A DNA stretch of 64,000 nucleotides from Marsupella aquatica (Eukaryota > Plantae > Marchantiophyta), in NCBI GenBank assembly GCA_973895155.1, contig OZ316892.1:8908283-8972282 (forward strand), given 5' to 3'. A program made the translations under genes and the position numbers. Positions within the stretch are counted from its first letter, which is position 1. The number at the start of each line of letters is the position of its first letter. The notes under the pieces are model-generated. The model worked only from the letters and a program-made list of their open reading frames with translations. It made no database searches and was not told the DNA's origin. Below, piece by piece: positions 26,601 to 38,500 of this stretch.

Positions 26601-29600
26601 AGTGTCTTTCAACAGAACAGCCCTTAGCACTTTCTCGCAAAAGAGTGGAATCCAGAATTGCAATAAATATTGTCCGGAATTCAATTCACACATCTCCATA
26701 GCCAACAAACAGGTTTATTACTACTCTAAGCTTTGGCAACTGATACGATTTCACAAGATATAGAGTTGAGAAAACACCAAAGAAAGAGCTTCGGCCATAT
26801 GTTGATGAGCCACTGTTGACATTGGATTGATTGCCCGAGCTTCATTACAGTCTCGAATTGCCATATGTACATCATTTTTCCAATTACGCTGCCACCGCCA
26901 ACAAAACTATGTGAGAACGTTCTTAAACTCGGCGAATGACCATGCTCAAGAAAAGAAAGAAGAAAATTCCAAACAAGACTATAGGAATGACTGGGAGGTG
27001 AAGTACTTGCGACTAATTGCACCTTCAAAAAAGCTGCTGCTCGAAAGCAAAGACAATCATGTCTTAGACCAACACCGACAGCAGGGCCTCCAGCATCAAT
27101 AATTTCACTGCAAGTCTCAATGGCATGAAGATAGTTTCTTTCCAATGTCACAGCCTTTTTTGCATCCTCAAAAAGCTCGCCACACTCTTGCACCTGCCAA
27201 AGAGATTTTTGGTGAGCATCGGAAAGAGTTGACTAAAGCCAGATTTATTGTCTGCAACATCATCCTTTCAGAGTTACCTGGTAAAGTAATCATTCCCGAA
27301 ATGATAGAATCCTCCGTCAACTCTGCACACAAGAATTACTGGTTGCAATCTAGGAAAACCGGGAGTAAACAAATGAATAGATAGACAATCAAACCATCCT
27401 AACCACCCAAACAATGCCCCATATTTCAGTTACTTGTTCCCACAACTTCTGCTGCTGTGAGGTGTTTCGAACTTCTTCAACAGCTTTTCATCGATCGACC
27501 AGCTATAGTTTCTCTCAGCGTTGCATCAGAGTATGAACAAGACCATACTACGTGCGCGGTAGGCAAACGAAAATTTGAGCACGTACCCACGAGGTGTTCC
27601 GTCTGTAACCATGGCCTAAAGCCCCAACAGATAACTGTGGCTGGCTTGGCTTTGTACCGTTAATAAGTGGTGCAAGGACAGTTCGTTTCGGAACATCACA
27701 TGCTCTATAAACCACAGCGTCCTCCTGCCCTGCGCGACGATTCCCACACCTTCATTTAACAAAAGAAACCAAATGACGCTAATCGCCTAGTCTCGAAAAT
27801 ACGCTCAGAATGCCTCAAACAATCTTACTTGTAACCAGGATTTTTGCCACGTCTCATAGCCAGTGCCTAGAACTATTTCTAAGCGCCAATATGTCATTAT
27901 TTCAAAGCTCCTAATAGGCTTCAGCTGCTACAGCCCCAGCAAAACTCCATAGACTGTTAAGATTAAGTTCGATTCAGTGGTCTTTGCATACCTCCATAAG
28001 AATCCATCAGATAGACATGTTCACCACTATAACTTAGAAGAACCTCCTCTCCATTAGGACTGAACATAACATGAGTCAGGTGTATCCCAGGGCGGCTCTG
28101 CAATTACATGCATCTGGTAAGCAACAGTAGCCTCCTATATCTTCCAATGTGTCTTGTCAGATATCATAGGAGACACTTGACGGTAATCGCTTTCTTCATG
28201 CATTTACAGTTATTGCACGACAAGATCTTCCAGTAAAAGTGTTAATTCTTCTGCATGATTGTTACAAGGCCACCGCCTGCCCTACATCCTATCATGATCT
28301 TTCACTAACTATCAAAGCAAAATTTACATGCAACTTGGACATGTGGGCCCTCTATTGTAAAACAAATCAAAGGAAGCCAATATGCCTGAAGATGTTGCGT
28401 AGTAGAGTAAAGACTAAACAGACCTATACTATTTACCATTTAAGTATTTGCTACCAATTAAGAACTTACAAAGAAACAATTCCACTACAGAAAACACAGT
28501 TATGCCGTTTCCTCTAATGTTATCCGAAACTATTCACAGGGCTCCTAGCATGCTATGGAGGGAAAAAAGGTTGGCATTAAGTTGATACCCACATGCTCTG
28601 ACAGATGGGCAGGACAGAAATAGCAAACACATGGAGGTGGCTTCGTTGGCTGCAACGCAGAGCTAAGTGGAGGAAGCATGCGCCGGTCATAAAGCCGAGC
28701 AAATGCATCACTGCAAGCAAAACACAAGCCCCTGAGTTATATCGCAGACGAAAAATCATATCAAGGCACGAACGATCTCCAAGCAGCCACGTTTGTAATG
28801 ACCACACAGTAGCATAATTTAACAACTGAAGCAAGGGAATTTCAAATTAGACAGAAATAAGCGTACGAAAAGAAAACAATCTTGAGACTGTTCTATATGA
28901 CAAAATCTCTACCGGAAACTCAAGTAGAAGGCACCAAGCAAGGCATTCCTACCTGCCGCCAACAAGAAGGTGGTGAGGGCGAGTAGGGCTTATGGCACAT
29001 GTCTTGAGTTCAAGACAATTCCTAGGGGCATCTTGCAAAGATTTTTTTGACCCACTCCGTAAATCAAGCTACAAAACACAGTTGTTACCCACGTTAGCAC
29101 ATACAAGCCCAAGGGTAATATCCCTGAAAATTCAGGACCAAAACTTCAATTTCTAGTAGCCTAGACTCCTAGAGATTCAAGGATTTACATTATTCTTGGA
29201 GAATGATAAACGACCAAAACTCACATTGCAAACGAAAGCCAAGAAAGACTCTCTGGGAGCCTCAGCTTTACAACTACAAGTGGACTCCAGCCGACGAGAC
29301 AATCAGTTACTTTAGAAAGATTTTGGCGTCAGTGCTCCATGATTATATTGAATGAATCCCTACGTAAACACCGGCTATTGTTATAAACGAGATCTTACGA
29401 GAACATTCCGGCATTCTTGCACTGAAGTATCATGGGTAGGACATCGGACACTCTCACGCAGATCATGTTGTCTCAAAGTGCCATCCTCGCTTGCACTCCA
29501 CACAATGTGCGGGTTACCATCCTCCACCTACAATATACATAAATGTCACACACATCTTTCTTTGTGAAAGCTTCAGGAGAGTTTCAGCTGTACTTTTTCG

Positions 29601-31735
29601 ATCACAGAACGACATCAAGAACTCCCGTACAATGATATCAAAGTGCACAAAATACTTCATGACGAGAGAGGCTAGAAAACTGATCCTCAACAGAAACAGA
29701 AAAGTCAGAACTGGTGAAACTTACAGCCAACTTTTTCACCCGCTTAGCATGGCAGCGAAAAAGCGCAGTTTGCTCTGATGAAGATATCCTTCCAGGTGCT
29801 GCTGCGGAGCGACTGACCCTGTGTACCCTAACCTGGGAAGAATACATACATTACAGTCAGCTGACATGGCTTATATCTTGAAACGTGTTTCACAATGGCT
29901 GACAAAGGTGCGAGAGACAAAGTATCTTGGCAGCTGAAACTACACCCCTTAGTGTGCATGTGAAGCAGGCCATTAACAGAGTTGACAAGAACAAAACCCG
30001 TTACCATAATCCAGCAAACACAAGACCGTCACGCATCAGTGCGTTTGGGGCATAATATTACAAAAAAATTGATATCCATCGATATCACACAACAATGAAG
30101 ATTGGATAGAGGGTAGTACCTCTGCATCTCCTGCACCCGACACTACCACATCGTCTCCAGTTTCTGGCATGAACTTTGTACAGAATATGTTATTGGAATG
30201 ACCTGTGTAAATACTGTGAAGCAACTTGTGGGTGCCATACTCCCAGATGTTCACCTGCCAATATCGAAAACCCTAATTAAAATCAAAGCACATCCAAAAA
30301 CATAAATTATGCCAACCCCCCACCTTCCCACCCGAACACCTAATCGTCAACGCATAATTGATGATGCCCAATTTCCAAGCAGATATCTTACAACGTAAGA
30401 ACCTACGTACGAACCCCGTCGTCAAACAAAGTTATTCCAATCTAGAGAAGTATCACTTGTATAGTAAAGGCACAAGACACTTACTTGAAAATCATCAGAA
30501 CCGGATAGAAGAAGTGAACCCTTTTGATTCCAAGCTAAAGTATTCACGCATCCTTGATGACCCTGTCAGAGACGCCACAATTGTCTCAATCTATGATTCA
30601 TATTCGGACGCTCAAGGCATGATTTACTCCGCTGAGGCACTGCATCTACTCCAGGCATCATTTAAGACCGAGAAAGTTAGCATATACTGTTTCACCACTT
30701 TAATGAGGCGATGTTAGCATCACACCGGACTCAATTTATTGTTCTGCCGGTCATAGTAGGTCCTATATAATATCAGTGAAATGCCACTTAAGCCATTATA
30801 TATCTAACCCAGATTCCAAATTTGGCATTTTCAGCCGGGTCTTACTTTCCGATACACCGTGAGCAAGTACAGACATATGACCGACTAATTACCTCCATCA
30901 CTTTCTCCAGGGCCAGGCGCTGGACGAGTGAAGAGTGCATCTGAAGCGAACGCATCGCATGGTGCTCCTGGTATGGATATGGAACCTGTCAGGAAGAGCG
31001 AACGTAACACGTCAGCCCAAGAACAATGAAAAGAATTTACCGACAACGAACGTTCATGCGGGCAGCGATAACACCCCCTTCAAAACCCCTTCACCGCCCG
31101 TCACGACTATGAGAAACTCAGCATTAGCATCAGAGCTGACAATTCATCCTCTCACACCGACGAGACGTCCCGCATTTGTCCTCAGCCCCTACAAATGTCC
31201 CTTCTCCAAGCGCTGGTAGTCGGCAAAGGTATGCAAAGTGCTCATCTAGTGCGATGCGAATTGTTCGTGACGCCACGAAAATCCAATGGTGACAAGCATT
31301 TGCTTCCCCTTTCCGCGTACCTACCTGCTCTCATATCAAAACTACGAGCTAAGAATTCAGCTTGTCATGATCGCCATGGAGCTCTAGACGATCCATACAG
31401 TCCAATAACACGATCAGAACGATCTATTTGCCTTAATGCGCCGGAGCTCATTCTCTTGGCTTGTGGGACGAAGGAAGGACCTTAGATCCAGGACCGTCAA
31501 ACCGTCCAAATTTGCGCGAATTGAACGTCATGCTCCATTGTCTCCGAAAAGCTTTGCTACTTATGGCCGCTATTACATAATTCACAACGTAACCAAACAG
31601 AGGTCGGCCGGAACAACGAAACAGAAAGAGCAACGGGCGAGAAGAAAGGATTGATAGGTGCAAAGCAATTACCTGATGTGAATCAATTGTCCTACCGTCC
31701 AGCAAACCAAGAATGTTACCATCAGCGCACTTCAT
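23690..31735 (-). CDS. ASG2: ASG2/WDTC1-like WD40 (DWD/DCAF) + TPR protein with C-terminal CaaX (CTQS), ~18 exons
   Basis: Exons include 31735-31673 (MKCADGNILGLL), 30985-30893 (QMHSSLVQRLALE), 30562-30485 (GHQGCVN..SGSDD), 30254-30120 (TGHSNNIFCTKFMPETGD), ~29527-29400 (VWSASEDGTLRQHD), ~28710-28593 (DAFARLYDRR), TPR exons at 27193-26432, ~25328-25232 (ASGSDDGRWFIW), ~24837-24768 (VNCVQCHP) and 23771-23690 (FLQRFR..HPFECTQS*). Confidence 0.94.
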
Positions 31736-32585
31736 CTTTCCAAAAACGCTGCTCCGATGTCGGCGACACCGCCAATTGTGCGTACTACACCGCCGCAAAG
31801 CACTTCAGGTGATAGAATCCCATCCGGCCTTCATCGCAATTAAGCCGACGAAAACCACGACGACGACGACACACACCCTTCGTCAGATTTTGGCACCAAC
31901 GCCACCTCCACCTCCTCTTCCTTTTTATCGCTTTCTTTGCTTACTCTATTCCACACACCTCCTCTGCTCTATACGCTCCTTCCCGTCTTTCAGCCGAAAA
32001 TCAATCAATCAACCATCAGCCATTCTTCTCCTCCACTCAAAATCTTTCTTTCTTTGCTCAATCCCCTATACACCTCCTCACCGCTCCTCTCCTCTCCTCT
32101 CCTCTGCTCTGTACTCTCCTTATCTTCGCCCTTTCTGTCTTCCAGCCTAAAAATCAATCAATCGATCAATCAACCAACCACGAATCAACCAAGTATCAAC
32201 CTGCAAGAGAGCAGAAATTGCCCGATCCCCCTGTTTTTTGGCCACCGCATCTGCACCTCCGCCACGGCCACCGCCTCACCACCGCGTCGCTCATTTTCTG
32301 GTAAATCTCGTCGCCCTCTCCCACCTCCACACCTCAAAATCGATCGATCTCAATTCCTCGCAAATACTCGTAGTCCATTTTGTTCTCCACCTCCTCCCTT
32401 CGCCTCTCCTCCCCTCTCCTCTCTCCTCTTGTTCGGAGCTCTGTCTCGAGGAAAAGCTCTCTATTGTCACGAGACAAAACGCTTGCTCCGTTGCTTACTT
32501 CCGCACGTCCAGATGCCAACACTAATCCAGATATTTACGTACGTTTAAGCTCCGCTTCATCGTAGTTAAGGTCCCTTTCATTAGC

Positions 32586-32843
32586 GGCTAATGTACACCC
32601 CTCACCCCTCTGTTAGCATCTAATTAGTGTTACAAAAACTAATAGGGGAATAGTACCTTTCTACACTAGTTCAATTCTACTACAGTAGTGCCAAGGATTG
32701 TCAATGCTGGTTTGGGCTAATGTACACCCCTTACCCCTCTGTTAGCATCTAATTAGTGTTACAAAAACTAATAGGGGAATAGTACCTTTCTACACTAGTT
32801 CAATTATACGCAGTAGTGCCAAGTATTTTCAATGCTGGTTTGT
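32586..32843. repeat. 129-bp tandem duplication
   Basis: ggctaatgtacacccc...tcaatgctggttt starts at 32586 and at 32715, near-identical. Confidence 0.9.
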
Positions 32844-33570
32844 GCACCCACCTTCTTTCCATTGGGCAAAAAGCAATTGTTTAAGATGAATGATTTATTT
32901 TGTCTAAGGGAGCACTAATTCATGAGTGTATTGACAATTTGCATCACCTGAATTAGTATGAGTAACACTAATTGGGGTGAAATGTGTAGATGTTACCGAA
33001 GCTTAAGCATTAAGAATTTTTGAAACTGCTATATTGTGAATTCACCTTTCATATTTTGTCTTATTCAGAGTTTTGGTGTCATACATTTTTATTTCAATGT
33101 GCCTTATCAAGGGGCAGCCTGTGTATCATATACATTTATAATTATTTTATGGACCCCTTTAATTTTTAGGATTCTAAGGTATTTTGAACTTATTTTGGCA
33201 GCACCCTTATAAATTTAAATCTTTGTGATTTATTAGAGATGAAATGAATGGCTACACCACTTGAACATTCTCATGAATGAGAGAAGTGATTCTGATTGTG
33301 TCTTAAGTTCTCCACATGTCTTTCTTTCCTAAGTTTATGGTTTTTATTGAAATGAGTGTCATTCATGAGGACATCTAATTAAGTGCACACATCGTAGCAT
33401 CCTTGATTGTACTTTTCATTGGTCACTGTGCACCAATCCTTCTAGTTACATTCTCACATTTTATTTACTTTCAAATCACTACAAGACAAAAACTCAAACA
33501 TGTTCCAGGATGAGCATACTATATTCCGCGGAGTTCATCATGATGTTTGTGCAAGTTCACTGGCGTTCAA

Positions 33571-33659
33571 GCGCCCCCGGTTAGTGTTATTCAATTGAGA
33601 TGTGTACCTGTTACGCGCCCTTGGTTAGTGTTATTCAATTGAGATGTGTACCTGTTACG
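33571..33659. repeat. 44-bp tandem duplication
   Basis: gcgccc..ggttagtgttattcaattgagatgtgtacctgttac at 33571 and 33615. Confidence 0.85.
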
Positions 33660-35210
33660 TAACACTTTAGCATTGTCCTTAATAAAGGGCATCTCTCAAT
33701 AGGGAGAGCACCAGCTTGCTTTGAGTCTTGCCCACAAATTCCTAACTTCGTGTCAAGTCAAAGGGAGAATGCCATCTTATTGGCTCTGGACTTGTGGCTT
33801 TGTTCCTGAAGGTGGAAGGGAAATTGTGGACAGGGATAAAAAGGGAAGTTTTAAGTATGGCTCCTCATTAGCATTCAATATGGTTTGGATTGCAAGATTA
33901 TGAGAAGTGCAGTAACGTGACTCAGGCAACAGCAAAAGATAGAGAGCAGTGAGGCTGGGCTGGCTGGGCAGGTCCACCAACCTAAAAAGGCATGGTATAT
34001 GGGATTATGCCAAATTTATTGGCAATGGATGGCATCATACTAGGTGGGATTATGCCAAATGTAAAGGGGATGGGTGGCAGGGTATGCATGGAATTATGCC
34101 ACATTTGCTGGAGACGGATGATTGTTTTGTGTGCACCTACATAATTAATCTCTAATTTTGTCTTGGATTGGATGGACAGATAGTCAGCGTACTGATGCAC
34201 AATTCCTTTCAAAAATAATTCTGATTTGCGTGATGATAGCTTAGCACATGGTATAACAATCAAATAGTTCTCTTCCAACTCCTCTTCACATCACACTTGA
34301 GTCCGTGTTTGCATGTGTGACTCCCAAATTTATGACCAGGCTTATTTGTGGCAAGTTCCTTGTTAGTCTGGCCCGTACTAATTGTTGTGAACACTCTAGG
34401 ACATGCTAAGAGATTATGATAGTTGATCTTCCTCTATGCCTTAAGCATGGGCACAAGTTACATAAACCAATGTCAAGAGGCCTTAGTGCTAAAGAAGAAC
34501 ATGGCTCAACTGAGTACGGATGTGTTTAGTGTGCAACCTTTTTTGTCAACCCATGCTTGACCAACCATGTCATTTCATGAACACATCCACACTCTTGTAT
34601 GTCAAGTAACCCATGTTGGCAAATCCTGACCTCTTTTTATCTTTCATGTTTCCTTGTAGAAGTAGATGCAAGCATGAAAATCAATTGTACACTCAGGTGT
34701 TATCTAGAAATGGCTGTCATTTTGCCACGATTGCATTTGCAATTGGACTTGAGATTCAACATTTACAAAAGTGCCCCTAGCACTTAAAATTTGCCCACAG
34801 TCCTTCATTTACCCTAGCTTTGCTCTTAAATAGATGGTGTACCATACCTGTGCCTCCAGAGAGGTCTAGAGGCTCCAAAGGCTCTTATCCTAGCTTTGCA
34901 GTTTATTAGAGAGATCCCTGGAACTATTAAGAGTTGCTTCTTAGTAGACTCAATTTTGAAGTGTACAGACATTATGAGTATTTCATTTGATTGATTACAT
35001 CATGGTCCTCTTGGAGCATGATAGTTGACTTTAGCTTCAAATTAAGAATGCTTGATACAGTTCAGCCTCCAAGACCTATTTGAAGCACTGAATGACTAAA
35101 TACATCATTGGAAACACCTAACTCCAATGTCTTACCTGAAAACTTATTTGGAGAATGATAATTAGGCCATTAGAGGTCTGACACTATGCTAAGCATAATT
35201 TTCATTTTAT

Positions 35211-35541
35211 TGTTGAAGTATGATGTCTTCCTTCATGACGATACGATCATGACTCATCACATGCACACGTAGTCGACACAATCCATACGTGGTTCACCTC
35301 TTCTCCAAGGCTACGTCCACACGAACACAACAACTTTATTTCAGAGTAGTCAAACACACAAGCTCTCTCTCTTCCTCAAGTTTCTTCGTTACAATGAGCA
35401 AGCACTACATCCCAATGGCTTACACTAGTCCTGGTATATGCAAGGCCACACACGACTAACCTAACCTCAGCTAAGTCCCTAACTGAGGTTAACCTAATTG
35501 CGGTAACCTTTGAGTCACAAGACTAAGAGCAATCTTTAACA
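35211..35541. mobile_element. Solo LTR (331 bp) with 5-bp target-site duplication TTTAT
   Basis: Starts TGTTGAAG and ends CTTTAACA (imperfect inverted ends, TG...CA). TTTAT flanks both sides (35206-35210 and 35542-35546). Confidence 0.88.
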
Positions 35542-38500
35542 TTTATTACACCACAGAGAAAGATTATTGGCAATCAAGCACTTGACCAAGTAATTTCTTG
35601 AGACAGAACAATTGTTTCTTGAAGCAGCATACTAAATAGACTTACTTTGGGATCTATTTGCTTGGCTGCACAAGCAAGTTTGACAGTCACCATGCTATAT
35701 GGCTACTTTGAGGGTTTTTCCCATCAAAACCTCTGCCCAGGGCATGGTAGGCAAGTGCTTGATCAGGGCTTCCGCCCTTTCTTGGTCTAGGGGGTCACAA
35801 TATGGAGGACCATACATCATGTGCAAAGGTTTCCGTCATTTATGACCCCCCTATGTCACCTTATATAAAGTTGTACAACACTGCATTTTTGCAAATAAAC
35901 CGCCCTATATCTCCATTTTAAGTCTTCCATCAAAATCATTTTAAATGGCCATATACTTCGTTGCATGTGATATGTCCCTCCGTGGAACGAGCTGTGGAAG
36001 TGAACCCCCACCCCCGGATTTGGTTAAACCCTATACTGTAAGTTGTTGTCCATTTTCAAACAGTCAATGGACTTGATATAAATATCTTGGCACCTCTTAC
36101 ATTAGCTTTGCCATAAACATGGAATAAGCCAAAACCTACTTGATTGAGATTTCATCCTGATTTTACAATTAGACTACATGCCTTTTGTTAGAAATTTGAG
36201 ATGTGGTATCTACAAGGCCCGCTTAAAAGGCACCAAGTGATCTTGCTTGCTAAGTTTTTTGGCGAGTTTTTTACAACATTGATTCTGGATAACCTTAAAT
36301 TTTTTTCTATGCCGTAAACTATACGATGAGTAAATCTATTGCATGGTCAAATTAACATCAGAAATTTCTTGGGAGAAATTGTCTAGCCTTTACATCAAGA
36401 CCTCAATCAAGTCTATGCACTATTCGTGTCGCTTGGACCACCATCATTGATTCAAGATATTAATTACTTATATGCAACACTGGTGGTATTGGAACCACCA
36501 CAATAAAATCCTTGATCATATATTCAAGAGTTTCCTAATATATTGAAAGCCTCTCACTAGGCCTCACTTATGGAACATGCTTCCCTCCATGCATCTGGAT
36601 CCAAGAGAGTCACGTTTTAGCAAAAATGGCTATGAACTTCATCTTTGAATGTAATCTTCTCAAAATGTCTTCATCATTCAAGAAAACATTAGCTACACCC
36701 TGTAATATCTCACAATTTCATGGGGATTGTTAACTTGCTAAATGTGACCTTAGAATGAGGTGAATAGTTTATCAGCAAGAATAATGACACGGAGTAAATT
36801 CTTAGTAATCCAATGATTTTCTTAATAAAGCTCACTTAAGCAATTAGTATGACTTGCAAGAAGACACCTCAATAAGCACAAGTCAAACAAAGAAGGTTCA
36901 TAATACCTGGTGTTTGAAACGTCTCTTTGGTTGACGTAGTGGAAAAATTTTACCACATGTGTTTCGTAGGAAGGAAAGAAAACACAAGACGAAGCAAAAA
37001 CTCAATACAATTCCCAAAACACTTGTAAGAAGAACCTGCAGTTAACCAAACATCGCAAGTGAGCATAAAGATTTCAATGAATTTTTTTAATAAAGTAGAG
37101 CTTAAATGCATTTTTCAGAACATGTTCATTCTAACAATTACAGATTGCAGGTTCTAGTAAAGTTCAAACAAATGACACTTAAACACTTGGCAGTTACATA
37201 CATATCCACTAATGATAAGAAAAGATGAAAAGATACAAATGTTCAGGATTTGGCCAACAATGTTCAATATAATAATAAAAAGAGGCTCACCTGTCAAGAG
37301 CCAGATCATCTCTAATCCCATTGATGACTAGATTCATGAAAGACTTATGTACACAACGAGGGCATGGCAATCCTAAAATAAGTGATATTTGACTTCTCAT
37401 TGAAGTTATTCCATGTGTACAAGTCTGGCTTTACAGATACATTACATAAACACAGCTACATTGAACACAAACATGTGTGTCCATGGGTTACAAACTTATA
37501 TTGACATGGTGCATTAGACTCATTAGTTGCAACCATGCTCTCTTTTTGTCCTGAGCCTAAAATTCATTACCATATCAAATTTTGAAAGGTGCTACAAGAA
37601 CTTCACAATATGTTATCAAATTGGTTGAAACTTACAAGAGTATAATCTTGATCTGATTTTTCATATGCTCTCCTCCTAACATGGTATATATGGTCCCAAT
37701 CCCTAAAATTGCACCATATAAACTTGCTAGGATCTTGTTCAAAATCAGTGATCCACCCTTTTGGACATTCACATCTTCGTTCTCCCTTCACTTCTATCCC
37801 TCGAGGTCGGCAATCCATTGGTTTCAAAGGTTGTGGAAAATGCCATCGAACGTTACCCACATTGATACATCCCTGCAAGCTTTTGATTACAGCACTTTTT
37901 CATTATTTTAATAAGGATAATTTTTTATTGAACAAACTGAGGTCAGTTGTAAGGTTTTAACACAGTCTGTCCTCTAAGCAAAATATCCATTCTTTATTTT
38001 ACAAGAAAACTTGATTGGTCAAACTAGTCTATTTCTTGGATATATATGGTGTGAAGTGGTAGGTCTCATTTAAATCACAAAAGTTTTTTTTTCTAAAATG
38101 ACATTGCTAAATATCTTATAGTTTTATTTTAAAATAAATTTGATTTTTACAAGTATAAAAATATTCCATATATCAAGTTTATTTTATTTTTGGGAGAAGA
38201 GAAAATAAAAACCTCTTTCGACTGACAATACAGCTTGGGCCAAGAAAAACCATTAGATTTATTATAATGAAAAGATTGCAGACCAATAGGCCATTGATTA
38301 AGCTAGAAAGAGGCCACAAGTTGAACAGAGCTTTGAGATAATGAAAACCCATACTGGCAGGCAAAGTGATTCAACACTACCCTAGTTTTAGTTTATTGTC
38401 CCATTGCAGTTCTGCTCAAATTCAGGTTTTCTGTCAATGTGATTTGAACATACCTATTTAAACTCACATGCAATTTCTAGGATTCTTTGTAATTGATCCC

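Noticed and set aside
31713-32565. Plus-strand ORFs of 95-203 aa upstream of ASG2
   Set aside because: CT-rich low-complexity sequence antisense to the ASG2 leader, mostly with non-ATG starts.
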